DNA of 64,000 bases from Octopus sinensis (Eukaryota): contig NC_043000.1 in assembly GCF_006345805.1 (NCBI RefSeq), positions 45,446,001-45,510,000 of the forward strand. Reading direction: 5' to 3'. The translations under genes and the position numbers were made by a program. Below, in pieces: positions 1-12,627 of the stretch. The notes beneath the pieces were generated by a model. It was not told the origin of the DNA. It was given only the letters and a program-made list of their open reading frames with translations, and did no database searches. Position 1 is the first letter of the stretch. Each line of letters begins with the position of its first letter.

Positions 1-239
1 CATATTGCCAAGTGTATTGATAGACATGGAACCTATAGTAGCTTTCTGACTGGCCACAACCAATGATATACTACTAGCCTACATAAAATGTAATTGCTGA
101 CTCTAAGTAATTTTAGGTGCTGCTTAGTACTTCATGTTATTAGGCTTCACCCGAAACATATTGAGGTGCTAATACGGTACCCAATGGATAATTTATCCCT
201 ATATAGTGAGTGTATACACCCTGCCATATATATGCATGC

Positions 240-382
<143 letters not shown>

Positions 383-417
383 GATGAGAAAGTTGGTTTC
401 TGAAAGCACGTGGTTGA

Positions 418-670
418 ATATATAGAAAATAGTAAAAAGTGAAAAAACTACAGAAGGCTTGTTTTAAAAGGTTAAAAAATATATATTTGAGTCAATATGT
501 CTGAAGTATGTTATAAATTTTTTCATACAATGACATAGTTTAGAACTAAACTATGTCATTGTATATTTATAACATTCTTCAGACATATTGACTCATATTG
601 ACTATATATTTTTTAACCTTTTAAAACAAGCCTTCTGTAGTTTTTTCACTTTTTACTATTTTCTATATAT
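418..670. mobile_element. Palindromic foldback/MITE-like element in TA tracts
   Basis: 418-485 is the exact reverse complement of 603-670; inner arms are also complementary, closing on a 2-nt loop at 544-545. Confidence 0.75.
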
Positions 671-687
671 ATATACATATATATATA

Positions 688-723
<36 letters not shown>

Positions 724-725
<2 letters not shown>

Positions 726-992
726 ACCGTGACCGACCAGGCCATCAGATGTTGTTACACATCGCTGGTCACAATGCGCTTCACATTGTTTTAGCCTTCA
801 AATGACTCCACCCCGCTGGCTAAGCGAGCAGGCCAACAGAAGAAAGAGTGAGAGAAAGTTGTGGCGAAAGAGTACAGCAGGGAGCTTTAGGTGTTTTCGC
901 TCAATAAACACTCACAACGCCCGGTCTGGGAATCGAAACCGCGATCCTATGACCGCGAGTCCCCTGCCCTAACCACTAGGCCATTGCCCTCC
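724..992 (-). mobile_element. tRNA-derived SINE (same head as the 19388 copy), internally deleted, with a different tail
   Basis: The reverse complement carries A box TGGCCTAGTGG and B box GGTTTCGATTCC and matches 19388-19560. Confidence 0.85.
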
Positions 993-994
993 AC

Positions 995-1028
<34 letters not shown>

Positions 1029-1048
1029 ATATATGTATATATATGTAT

Positions 1049-1099
<51 letters not shown>

Positions 1100-1139
1100 T
1101 ATATATATATACACATACACACACACATATATATATATA

Positions 1140-1377
1140 TGGGAGGCACAAAAGTAAGTATACAGTTATGAAAATAAGAAAACACGTACAATACTCATTT
1201 ATTTTTATCAAGACATTTAAAGTTACGATGAAATTATAGTTATGATAAATGTATTATTATGATTAATGGCTCTGAAAATATCAAAACAGGCTAATTTTTA
1301 AATGTTTTGATAAAAATAAATGAGTATTTTACGTGTTTTCTTTTTGCATAACTGTTTACCTACTTCTGGCCCCCCTG
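1140..1377. mobile_element. MITE with ~80-bp imperfect TIRs, probably Tc1/mariner-type
   Basis: 1141-1221 is complementary to ~1296-1375; the element is flanked by TA-rich tracts. Confidence 0.7.
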
Positions 1378-1399
1378 TGTATGTATGTATATATATATA

Positions 1400-1444
<45 letters not shown>

Positions 1445-1451
1445 TATATAT

Positions 1452-1483
<32 letters not shown>

Positions 1484-1681
1484 CTAAATTAGAGATAAAA
1501 CCACTATTAGGCAAATCAAACAGTGAAAAACATAAACCAATACATAGAAATAAAATTAATTAATATAATATTCAAAATATATAAAATATAAAATTAATAT
1601 ATATATTCATACTGTAAAATTAGATTTAATCCTAAATCTAATTTTTCCCTGTAAGTTTGGATTTACTCCCTAATATTATAT

Positions 1682-1724
<43 letters not shown>

Positions 1725-1751
1725 ATATATTATTGTATTCCTTGTCACCAC

Positions 1752-1959
1752 TGTTGTAATCCTTAAATGTTGGATTGTTATAACGCCTATTTCGGTATAG
1801 CAGCATAGTTGTTAGACCAGGAAAGACATGACTAATCTTTGACCGTCTACTTAGTACTCTGTCTATATATACTGACCGACGTCACCTATTTATAGTGACT
1901 AGCACATACCACTCGTCACGTGGGAGGGGTGTATCATTATTACCATTATCCCCATAACA
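1752..1959 (-). mobile_element. LTR of the Gypsy element
   Basis: On the minus strand it starts TGTTAT directly after a polypurine tract AAAGGGGAAA (1960-1969) and ends ...TACAACA; it lies 3' of the integrase. Confidence 0.7.
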
Positions 1960-2071
1960 TTTCCCCTTTCAAGTTTTTCTATTTTCTTAGTATCATTTTA
2001 TTTCTTTCAATAGCAATTCTTTTTTATCACCCCCACCTCCCTTTTTTGAGTTTCGTTTCTTAGTTACACAG

Positions 2072-3298
2072 TTAATATTTTTTCTGTTTTGCTTCCACTT
2101 TCAGGAACTCCGTGCAATTTTCTTTTTCGTACGCTTGAGTGTCTGGGTTCAATCCCCCATAGTGGCGTTGGTGCTCGAAAAGTATTATATAACCATTACA
2201 TTGGTTCTTCCATTTTCTTGGATTCGCTCTCAACGAATCTCTTTTTAGTTGGTTCATGAGTTTCTTGTGTACGCCTTTTCTACTTTTTACTAAGTATAGC
2301 ATTTTTCCTATACGTTTGGTAATGACACTATCTTCCCAACTCTGCTTTTTGTTCTTATATGTCCTCACAAATACCTTTTCACCAATTTTGAAAAATTTGG
2401 CTGTATTCTCCATTTTTCTTTTCTTGCCAGGTAGCAATTGTTCGAAGACTGATATTACTTTCCTCACAAACATCAGCTCCGCTGGTGTGTTTGGATTTGG
2501 TGCCATGCGGTATACTCTCAAGAATTGTTGTAGAGCTACCTCATCCGTGACTTCCTTATCCGAAATTTTCAGGGCTCTTTTGAAGGTGTCAACAAAGCGT
2601 TCTTCTTGTCCGTTAGACCTGTGATTTTATGGCGCCGTAGTTACATGTTCTACAGTGAATGTTTCACAAAACTTTTTAAATTCAAAAGACACAAATTGCG
2701 TTCTATTTTCAGACACTATCAATGCCAAATCTCGCAAACAGCTCATATAAAAATTTTGTCACAGTTGCGGAGGTTGGGTTTTACACTTACAAATTTCTGG
2801 CCGTTTAGAGAAACTATCAACTACCACTAAGTAGTATGAAGCGCTTAAAGGACCAGCGAAATTGACGTGTAGTCTCGATCAGGGAACATCTACTTTTGGC
2901 GAAGATTCACTTGTTAACGTGGGTAATTTTGCCGCGAATAGTACAATCCGCTTTAGCTTCAATACAGGTGTTGCACTTTGTTTTATTGCAATTTTTGCCT
3001 TTGTTTTCGTATAGCAACCCAGTTCCTCCGAGCAAACATCTGGAAATAAATTTTTTATTTTTTTCATTTCAGCCCCTCAACCTCATTCGAACCTACTACT
3101 GAACCGACTAAATCCGTATTCAAGACACACATGGGCATGTTTCACAATTTGAATAGTTCCATCACTCTGTACCGAATAGATTAACTGAATTTTTTAGCAC
3201 ATATATTTTTGCCGTTTTCATTTGGTCACATGTTACATTACACGCAAATTAACCGACAAAATACCACCATTTTGCTCTTAACACCATGTGCGACTTTT
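2072..3298 (-). pseudogene. Gypsy/Ty3 (K02A2.6/Mag-like) pol remnant: protease C-terminus, RT start and integrase; RT/RNase H largely deleted
   Basis: Motifs VNLFGTE, FPDVCSEELGCYTKTKAK, SRLHVNFAGPL..YYLVVVDSFSK, SNGQEERFVDTFKRAL, TPAELMF, FKIGEKVFVR; stops and frameshifts present. Confidence 0.9.
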
Positions 3299-3306
3299 GT
3301 AGATTT

Positions 3307-4056
3307 GGATCTTTTCCTTTTGAACGGCACACAATTTCTAGTTAACTAAACACTTTAAAACTTCGTATACTGGTAGAATGTGTCAAAATAAAACATTTTT
3401 TCTCTTGGCTTTCTTGATAAAACTGTAATTCGTTTCTTTAATGTAGTTTAATTTTTCGAATTTTAACCAATGAATCGCATCTAATTGAGCTAAAATCATT
3501 TACTGCGTCTAAAACTGAGACAACATCCTGTCACAAACCCCCTTAAACTTTTTTTCTTAATTGTTAAATTAATTTAATTGTTACGCGTGTAAAAAAAACG
3601 AAAGCAATGGAAAATAATTTAAACAATTAACAAACAAAATGATTCTATAATTTTATACACACGCTTTCCGTATACGTACGGAAAACGCGTGTATAAAATT
3701 ATATAATTATTTTGTTTGTTAATTGTTTAAATTATTTTCCATTGCTTTCGTTTTTTTTACACGCGTAACAATTAAATTAATTTAACAATTAAGAAAAAAA
3801 TTTAGGGTTAGGGTGAGGTTAGTGACAGGATGTTGTCTCAGTTTTAGACGCAGCAAATGATTTTAGCTCGATGGAGGTAATCGATTGGTTAAAATTGCCG
3901 AAATGCTCGATATTTCAGACGAAATATCTTACAAACTATAGAATTTTCTCAATAAAACCAAGAGAAAATGATGTTTTATAGACACATTCTATCAGTATAC
4001 GAAGTTTAAAACTTTTTAGTTACCTAGAAATTATGCCGTTCAAAAGGAAAAGATCC
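3307..4056. mobile_element. 750-bp foldback DNA transposon (GGATC...GATCC) with 8-bp TSD
   Basis: Almost fully palindromic around the loop at 3673-3676; GTAGATTT is duplicated at 3299-3306 and 4057-4064. Confidence 0.9.
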
Positions 4057-4290
4057 GTAGATTTGATTAATTTCGGCTTACCGACATGCTTCTAAATTTC
4101 TTCCTTTATAATTGTAATATCACGTCCATTGTCTAACTGCATTTTTACTCTTATCTTCAATTTTGACATTTACGAATTTCCTCTTCGTTACATTAGCCTT
4201 TTCTTTCAATGACATCTTGTTTATTCTTTTTTCTTTCTTTTAGCGTTTTGTCATTTTAGTTTTACAGTGCGCCTTTATCTGTCCAATTTT
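4057..4290 (-). pseudogene. Gypsy gag zinc knuckle and aspartic protease N-terminus (continuation across the foldback insertion)
   Basis: RCGKIGQIKAHC (degenerate CCHC), RKFVNVKI, MQLDNGRDITII (degenerate D-S/T-G site), KPKLIKST. Confidence 0.8.
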
Positions 4291-4295
4291 TCCAC

Positions 4296-4735
4296 ATCGG
4301 AAGACGATGAGCGATCTGGAAGACCTTCTACTAGCTCCACTGCTGGAATTGTGGTATTGTGCATCGATAATTCGTTTCCCAGGGCCAGATCGTCAATCGA
4401 GAGTTCTGCTGCAACGTTTTGAAGAGTTTATAGGAGAATATTAGGCGAAAGCGACCTGATCTGTGGAGCTTAAAGAATTGGATTCTTGTCGATGATAAGG
4501 CACCCTGTACCCAAGCTCTCCTCTTTCGTGAGTTTCTCGCAAAAAAAACAACATGTTTTCATTTCAGCACTCACTCTATTCGCCAGATTTAGCACCTGCA
4601 GACTCTCATCTCTTCCCCGAGGGGAAAATGCATCTCAAAGGCCGCCGTTTTAATCGTGTTGTCAAGATCCAGAGCAAATTACAAAAGGTTCTCTACTCAT
4701 TTATGGGAAACGACTTCCAAGCCTGATTTCAGGCC
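4296..4735 (+). pseudogene. Mariner transposase remnant (internally deleted)
   Basis: EDDERSGRPST, NIRRKRPDLW, YSPDLAPAD (4577-4603), HLKGRRF. Confidence 0.9.
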
Positions 4736-5552
4736 TAGTTCAAATTTACTGAAAACAAAAGACAAAGACAGGTGAAGGAACAATAAGCAGGTGTATTAGT
4801 TTAACACTCGGGAAGATTGGAAAAGTCTTTATATATATATGTAAGTACATATGTATGTGTGTATGTATGCATGCATGCAGGTAGGTAGGTAGGTATCCAA
4901 CTATAGATTATAACACTTTGAACAGAAATAACTTATTTTATGCTATTCTTTCTAATTTTTCTAAGGACATGAACTTGCATTTTTGCAAGTTCCTATTTTT
5001 GTTACAATATGGTAATTTTATTTCTAGGTGATTTTTATTAAATTTTTCTTTGCTGCATTCTTATATCTTTGTTACTGATTTTAGTTTTTAGAAAGCAACT
5101 ATACTGGGGTACTGTCTTAAAAAGTTTAAATCGATTATATCAATTCTGTTATTTTGTACTTGTCTTATACTTAATTCGTTGAGTTTCAACCATTGTCACA
5201 TAATACAAAATATTGATTATCCACTGAACGTGAATATCTTTATGATTGTTTTTTCTGTAAGACATTGCAGCCAAATCTCCATCAGATCACCCCTGCTATC
5301 TTTAAAAAAAATGGACACATTGGAACCTAAATAATGTGAACCTAAATAAAATATAACTGTTAAAGTAAATATTAATCCAAGTGAATGTCAATCTATTTGG
5401 ACTCAGAATGTAAAAGTATTTTCCAAAATATAGCCAGTTCCTTTAATCCAGTACTCTACAGTTTTTGTCACTCAAAGTAAAAATAAAGTAAAAATAAAGA
5501 AGAAACAATATTAAAAACATTTATTTGCATTCAAATCTGTTAAAATCTATAT

Positions 5553-5848
5553 CAGTGGTTCCCAAACCTTTCCAGTGTGCCATCCTTTGATGACCAGGCC
5601 CTATTCCTAAGGTCCCCTCCACTTCTCACCAGAAACATAAACCACTTTCTGCAGCAAATTTAAAACAACTGTATTTCACAAATAAAATTTAACCTAACTA
5701 ACCCATCATTTGTTTTTGTTTTTTGGGTTTTTTAAAAAAATTTATTGTTTTTTTGACCACCCCATTATCGCCCTACTTTTCTTTAATACTACCTTGGATC
5801 TTTCCACCACCCCCAACGAAGCAATACTGCCCACTTTGGGAACCATTG
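5553..5848. mobile_element. hAT (Charlie-like) MITE
   Basis: TIRs CAGTGGTTCCCAAA / TTTGGGAACCATTG; 8-bp flanks ATCTATAT vs GTCTGTGC differ only by transitions. Confidence 0.75.
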
Positions 5849-6843
5849 GTCTGTGCATAGAGTGGAAAGCTTTTTAGAGCTAGGGTCAAATTGCAAGTTG
5901 CATAAGAATCTGTAGCAGAGATAAGTTGTAAGAAAAATAATGGATCTTCCATTTTAGAAATTCAGAAATATGCAATATATATGAAAATACTGCATTGATT
6001 TTAAGGCTCAAAGACATTTTCCATGTGTGTTTTTGAGAAAACTCCTCAGGCAATTTCTGAATTGAATTTATATTAGCATTTTTAAAGCAATGCAGTTATA
6101 TAACTCACACATTATTTCTGAATTGCAATATATTCCAGGAAATTAATTTCAACACAGAAATAGTTGGATTTCACATATACGTTCACAGTTCCTGAGAAAT
6201 TAATTAATTATATTAATTTAATCAATCAGTTAAAAGACATATGATGAATATCTTTTGTGTTTATATTTCTAAAAGGTAAACTATCTATAGTTTTCAATTA
6301 ATTTTCAGTATAATCAAGAATTTTAAGGAGTTAATTAAAACCATCTGTAATTTTATTTTGTCCTTCTTCATTTTGTTTACTACCAGGTCAGCATTGGATG
6401 AGTAAACCTATGACCAAAGATAATCTAGCCATGACCATCATGCCTTTTCAAGCATATTTTATTTCAGACTACTGAAATTTTAAAAGATGGTTGGTTGTAA
6501 TTTGATCAACTTTAATTTCTATTGAATTTGTCTACCCTATAAAAATTCTTTTAGTTAGTGTAAATTTAGTATACATGAGAAATCTTGCACCATTTTTCAT
6601 ATTAAAATGAGATATTTATCACAGTTTTAATTTAAATATGAATACTTCTGCACAAGTAATGTCAGACAGATTGGTAGTAAATGGATTAAAATGTCAATTC
6701 TATTAGAATTTCTTTTCTATTTGGTATTTACTTTTCTGAATAATTGTATTACATTTTTTTAAAAACATACTAAATAATGTTTTTGTTCTTTTGCATTAAG
6801 CCCCGTCACTGAAATTGCACATGATTCTCTTTCTCATGCTTAC

Positions 6844-6892
6844 CTCCTATCAATGACACTCACTACTTCCTCCTCAACAAAAGCAGCATTTA
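6844..6892 (-). CDS. Candidate 49-nt exon (NAAFVEEEVVSVIDR)
   Basis: Acceptor TTTGGCTTTAAG, donor AG|GTAAGC, one open frame; protein not recognised. Confidence 0.3.
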
Positions 6893-7536
6893 CTTAAAGC
6901 CAAACTAACGAATCTATCTATATATATATATACCTCTGCACTGATTAAGAATGCAAGTTCTGTTCACTTTGCAACTCACCTATTAACACACATTACTTCT
7001 CAGCTAACATTTGAAATTCAATAAACCATACAATTCAAACCACTTCAGTCGTTGTAGATCCTTTGGATTTATTACCAAATATAAAGAATTGGTAATTGAA
7101 CAAAAGGCTGATATTTGGATTTCTAACATACTACTTGGAAAATTAAATTCATTTCATTAAATAATACAGATACTGAATTTTCAATTAACAAATGAAAACA
7201 TTATATACTATTTCACACAAATACAGACTCGCAAATACACATGCCATACAAATACAATTTCAACTAGTGTTATCTTATCAGGAAAAAAAGTAAAAATAGT
7301 CACTTTGCAACGTTCTATTGTAACCAGTTACAAATAAGCTAATGATGAAAATCATTGCATACATCTTTTTCTTTCTTCTTTACATCTCTACAAACAATAC
7401 TGCTTTCATCTATAGAGTGACTACTCATATGAATGAAAATTCCTGATCTTTTCTTTCGATGTAGCCTATTCAATTAGCTGCAACAACAGAAGCAGAAGCA
7501 CTAGCAGTAGTTAAACAATTGCCAAATCATTCTTAC

Positions 7537-7614
7537 TCTGTAAATTTTCTACTATCACTAGTGATCTGGCTTAGATCCAGTAGCTTAATCAACTGTACAT
7601 CACACAGAACACTC
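7537..7614 (-). CDS. Candidate 78-nt exon (SVLCDVQLIKLLDLSQITSDSRKFT)
   Basis: Acceptor TATATTTTAAG, donor GA|GTAAGA, single open frame. Confidence 0.28.
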
Positions 7615-8071
7615 CTTAAAATATAGGATGCTCTTCTTTGATATTTTTAATTTATTTTTCTTATACAATTTTAACCTTCTAGCGATAATTCAAGAATGTT
7701 GCAGAAATAAATGGAAATAATAGTCATAGGAAATGAAATGGTCAGATTCTTGGATGCTTATCTCCATTATATAACTCTTGAGTGAATTAGGTCTTTGAGT
7801 GGAAGGTCTGGTTTTACAGCAATTGTTTTGTAATTTATTATTGTTGTTGTTGTTATTATTATTTCCCTTTGATAGCAATGCATTTACCTTTCCCTGCCAG
7901 GTATCAACCAGACACCTAATGTTGATATGGTCATATAATAGTGGTAATTATCAGTGTAGTGTAGCAATAAAAATGTATAAAATTAATTTCTGACTTGGTG
8001 TATAGAAACATAAATCTAAATAAAAAAAGGAAAATATAAATGAATGGAATTCAAAACCAATTATTTTTGTA

Positions 8072-8260
8072 TTATGGAAAATAAAACTTATGTAAAATGT
8101 GAACCATGATGTTGTGGGTGATTCTTTGAACTTCATAAGTGTTGGGTTTGCCAGGGTTATTTTTAAGAAACTCATGTTTTCTTTCCTTTATGACACCAAG
8201 TATACCAGTTCCAACTTGAGTTGTTTGTCTCTTCAATTTCCACATTCTGCAAAATCTCAA
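8072..8260 (-). mobile_element. 3' fragment of a restriction-like-endonuclease (R4/Dong-type) non-LTR retrotransposon
   Basis: RMWKLK...GILGVIK...FLKNNPGKPNTYEVQRIT...HILHK resembles the RLE-LINE C-terminus. Confidence 0.55.
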
Positions 8261-8832
8261 TTTCCAGGTTTTTTGTACTTAGTAAATTTTCATATTATTT
8301 TAGCAGATATATTTTTGTCAGATGATATAGTTTTGCCACTGATTTGGGGTGTTTATTTTGAAAGTTCAAAGCTATGAGATATGCATGACAAATTCGAAAT
8401 AATGTGAATAAATAAGTATTACTTTTGACAGAGTAATCTGAATGCTAAAGTCTTTAACGATAATATCAAGTTGACTGACACTTATGGTGTAGTCTGTGCA
8501 GACCAGGGGTTGGTTGCCAAAGGGTGTCCGAGGGACTCCTCAGGAATTACAAGGGGTCGATGATAGCCAAGGGGTTGAATGGGGCGTTGGCATGCAAAAG
8601 ACCAGCTCACTAAGATGAACTGCTTGAAGTACTTAGTCAGCACCATGAAACATGGGAAAGCATGAGGCATTTTTCACATTTTCTAACTGTGAAAAAAATT
8701 TAATAAGAATTGAAAGTTTAATACTGTATACTCATACACATAGTTTTAAATGTAAAATGATTGTGGCGTCTTCAATAGAATTCCTTAATTTGTCATACAT
8801 GTATATTTTAGCAAACATTTTAATATATATTT

Positions 8833-8867
<35 letters not shown>

Positions 8868-8868
<1 letters not shown>

Positions 8869-9018
8869 GACAGGCTACTTTCACTTTCCGTCTACCAAAT
8901 CCAGTCACAAGGCTTTGGTTGGCCCAAGTCTATAGTAGAAGACACTTGCCCAAGGTGCCATGCAGTGGGACTGAACCCGGAACCATGTGGTTTGCAAGCA
9001 AGCTACTTACCACACAGC
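8868..9018 (-). mobile_element. Major tRNA-derived SINE family, 5' part
   Basis: Reverse complement of the head of 63633-63790. Confidence 0.9.
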
Positions 9019-9577
9019 ATACATACATATATATATACGTATGTATGTATGTACGTATGTATATGTACACACACATACACACACACACACACATACAAAC
9101 ATAAATATATGCATTAAAGTTGGTTTTCATGTAAAGACATATATATATAATGAATTTAGCATTAAATCAAAGTGTCACTCAATACTTCTGAGCTGAATAC
9201 ATATTTATTAATTTTTACAAGGAAAAAGTTGTGACTTTGAAATTTCAGCTTATAATTCAGTCAACTTACTGCCTTTGTAATAATAATAATAATAATTCCA
9301 ATCTTAACTGACTGGAAATGTTATCATGTACATTGTTTTGTCTTGGCATAAAAGATGGGCTACAGCAAATATTCTGCACAAAACCACAGATTTACTTGAC
9401 AGTTATTTGACCTTAACCAGTTGAACATGTCCATTAGTGGTTGATGATATGTGCATCTCTGATTATGAGCAGAAGTAGTGAGAAAGCATCATCACCATGT
9501 GTTTAGAAGAATTATTTGGGGTTTGAATAATATATATATATATATGCATATTTATGTATATGTTTGCATGTGTGTGT

Positions 9578-9780
9578 GTGTCCCAAACATTGCGTGACAA
9601 CCGATGCTGGTGTGTTTACATCCTTGTATCTTAGCAGTTTGGCAAAAGAGACCGATATAATATGTACTAGGCTTACAAAGTATAAGTCCTGGGGTCGATT
9701 TGCTCGACTAAAGGTGGTGCTCTAGCATGGCCACTGTCAAAATGATTAAATTAAGTAAAAGAGTGAAAGAGAGAGTAAAA
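9578..9780 (+). mobile_element. Major SINE family, 3' part
   Basis: Matches 63830-64000 and ends in an AAAAGAG tail. Confidence 0.9.
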
Positions 9781-9805
9781 GGTATACACACACATACACA
9801 TACAT

Positions 9806-9829
9806 ATATATAGAGATAGATAGATATAG

Positions 9830-9881
<52 letters not shown>
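9806..9881. repeat. (GATA)n microsatellite
   Basis: Directly visible. Confidence 0.95.
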
Positions 9882-9885
<4 letters not shown>

Positions 9886-10859
9886 AGATTAGGAAAATAT
9901 AGCATTGTTTGAAGTAGTTAAATTTAAAGGATATTTGATAATTCTTACCACTAGAATTCATGCCAAAACTTTTTCAGATATTGTAAGATAATTGGTAAAG
10001 AAATTAAGGCATATGACATGCACTTTAAGTGTCATATGCCTTTTTTCATTTATTATTTCTAACTTTATGTAGCACTGCTGTTAATCCATTTATATAAATT
10101 ACAAGAAAAAAAAAATTAGATAAATAAATTACAAATAAACACACTAAAAAGACGAGTTTTAAAATCAGACATAGTAAAGTGTGACGAGGACAATTAGGAA
10201 TCAGAAAAATATATGTAGAATTTATTTTAAGAATAAGTATTGAAGAAAGAAATGGGAGGAGATATGGTATTCAGAGAAAGAATAATCACAAAATTTGAAT
10301 TAAAGAATCTGGTTTGTCTTGGCTTTAATTGCTTAAAAGAAAGAGAGAGAAAAAAAAAGATAAATTAACTAAAGTACCTACCAGTGGTAAACAACAAATG
10401 TAAAATATATTCATCAATCATTTTCATTTAAAAAAAAAACTTTCTAGATTGTTGAATTTTACGAAGAATTACATTTGAAAAGGAATTCAAATTGCAATCA
10501 GCTTCTCCAAGTATAAATTCTTAATTAGGTACTTTAGAAAAAATAAGTAAACAAATAAATAAGAGTGATGGTTACTTGCAATTAACGCTTGCATTTACAG
10601 TATGTTAGAATTAATCAAGTGGTGTTTTATGAAAGCGAATAACGCATTTGTCATTTGTGTGAAATGAAATGAAACTTTATACCACTTGATATAATAGATT
10701 TTGGCATTGGAATGCAATGTGATATTTACCAAAACCTGATGAAACTCAATTATCTGCATCCATTCTCTAGTGCTTATCTACTTCAAGTTCCAATGTTCCA
10801 AATAAAAATTATATTTCATGTTCTCTTGAAGATTTTACTTAGTGTGATGTGTCTTCTAA

Positions 10860-11930
10860 AGCACAGCAAATTGCCAGAGATCTCATTCTCTTGTCATCTC
10901 CTTTGTGATGCTCAACATCTGATGACCCTTTCTCTCCATTTCCTCCCACTTCTTCCTGGATCTACCCCTTCCACAGATTCCATCCACAATTAAAGAGATT
11001 CATGTAGTTGTCCTTATCCATATACATCACATGACCATACCAAAACGGTCTTCTCTCTTGCACACAATACCTTATGCCTCTCAGACCCAATTTTTCTCTT
11101 AAATGATTTACACTTTGTTTTAATTGCATAGTGAAATTAGCAATGCAGAGGAGTGTGCTGGCTTCATTTCTTTTAAGCCTTCACTTTCTCTCTGTAGTCA
11201 TAGCCTATGTTTCACTGCAATGCAGCACTCTGAAGGAGAGGCCTATGTTACAAACAAATGTAGAAGCTCTCTTAACTTTGCCAAGCCTGTTCTTATTCTA
11301 GCAACTACACTTTCAGAGAATCCTCCTCTACTACTAACTTGGTCACCTAGGTAGTGGTAGCTATCTACTACTTCTAAGGATCCCCATAGACGTTTCTGGA
11401 AGTCTGTTTCTATACCTTCTTTGTGTTAATTGTACCTGCACATCTGCCATAAACAAAGACTGCTTGCTCTGTTAACCTTCCTGTGATGCTGCAGTGCTTG
11501 TTATGTGTCCATAGCTTGCCCTGGGTACACTATACAGAATTTCTACCAACACTTTTTCTACAAATCAAGTAAGGTCATCTCCCTATTTAGTAATTTGTCT
11601 GTTTCCATACCTACTAGAACTTCGGTCTTTGCTAAATTAACTCTAAGGCCCTTTGATTTTAGATCTTGCTTCTACACCTGAAATTTCTTCACTAATTCTG
11701 GCAGCGATTCTGCTATAAGGACAAGTTCATCAGCATAGAAGAGCTCCCAGGGGCAGCCTGTCCTAAATTCCTCTGTTATGGCCTGGAGCACTATGATGAG
11801 CAATAAATAGATGAGAACCAACCTCTGACCAACCACTCATTCATCCCTAGCTTCTGCATTGGCCACCAGATAAGGGAGTGAGGCACTCTGTCAAGGGTTT
11901 TCTCCATGTCAACAAAAGCCAATTACAGAA
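10860..11930 (-). mobile_element. RTE-clade LINE, decayed RT and 3' end
   Basis: LAFVDMEK..DRVP, GCPWELFYADELVLIAE, KGLRVNLAKT; homologous to 20622-21870. Confidence 0.85.
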
Positions 11931-11936
11931 GTGTGG

Positions 11937-11975
<39 letters not shown>

Positions 11976-12135
11976 AAATGGAAAATTCTCAGGTTTGAAT
12001 TGTCATGAGAATTATTCCCTAAGGAGGTGAGTGCAAATGACAAATGGCACATCAAAATCATTATGGCTTACCACTTTTTACATGTTCAAATTGACTAATA
12101 TTACATGGTTGTTTCTTTCTATTTTACACTTCATA

Positions 12136-12520
12136 GGCACAGGAGTGGCTGTTTGGTAAGAAGCTTGCTTCCCAACCAGGTGGTTCCATGTTCAATCCCA
12201 GTGCATGGCACTTTGGGCAAGCGTCTTCTACTATAGCCTCAGGCCAAGCAAGGCCTTGTGAATAAATTTGATAGACGGAAACTGAAAGAATCCCATCGTA
12301 TATATATATATCTATGTGTGTCTGAGTTTGTCCCCCACCATCATCATTTGACAATTGATGATGGTGTGTTTACATCTCTGTAACTTAGCAGTTCGGCAAA
12401 AGAGTCCTATAGAATGAATACCAAGCTTTAAAAAGAAATACTGGGGTCAATTCATTCGACTAAGAATTCAAGGCAGTGCCCTAGCATTGCAGCAGTCTAA
12501 TGACTTAAACAGGTAAAAGA
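12136..12520 (+). mobile_element. Major SINE family, full-length, diverged
   Basis: Collinear with 63633-64000. Confidence 0.9.
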
Positions 12521-12627
12521 TTATAAGCCTCATTAATTCGAAAGTGATGGGAATTCTGCTATTTAAGATCATAAAAGTCGATGACTTGACAAGGCATATC
12601 AGAATAATGACATGTAATTGTGATATA

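Noticed and set aside
3802-3813. TTAGGGTTAGGG as an interstitial telomere
   Set aside because: Only two units, inside a transposon arm.
8482-8660. GC-rich island as an exon
   Set aside because: More likely a decayed LINE RT piece (NCLKYLVST resembles FKYLGS); too degraded to call.
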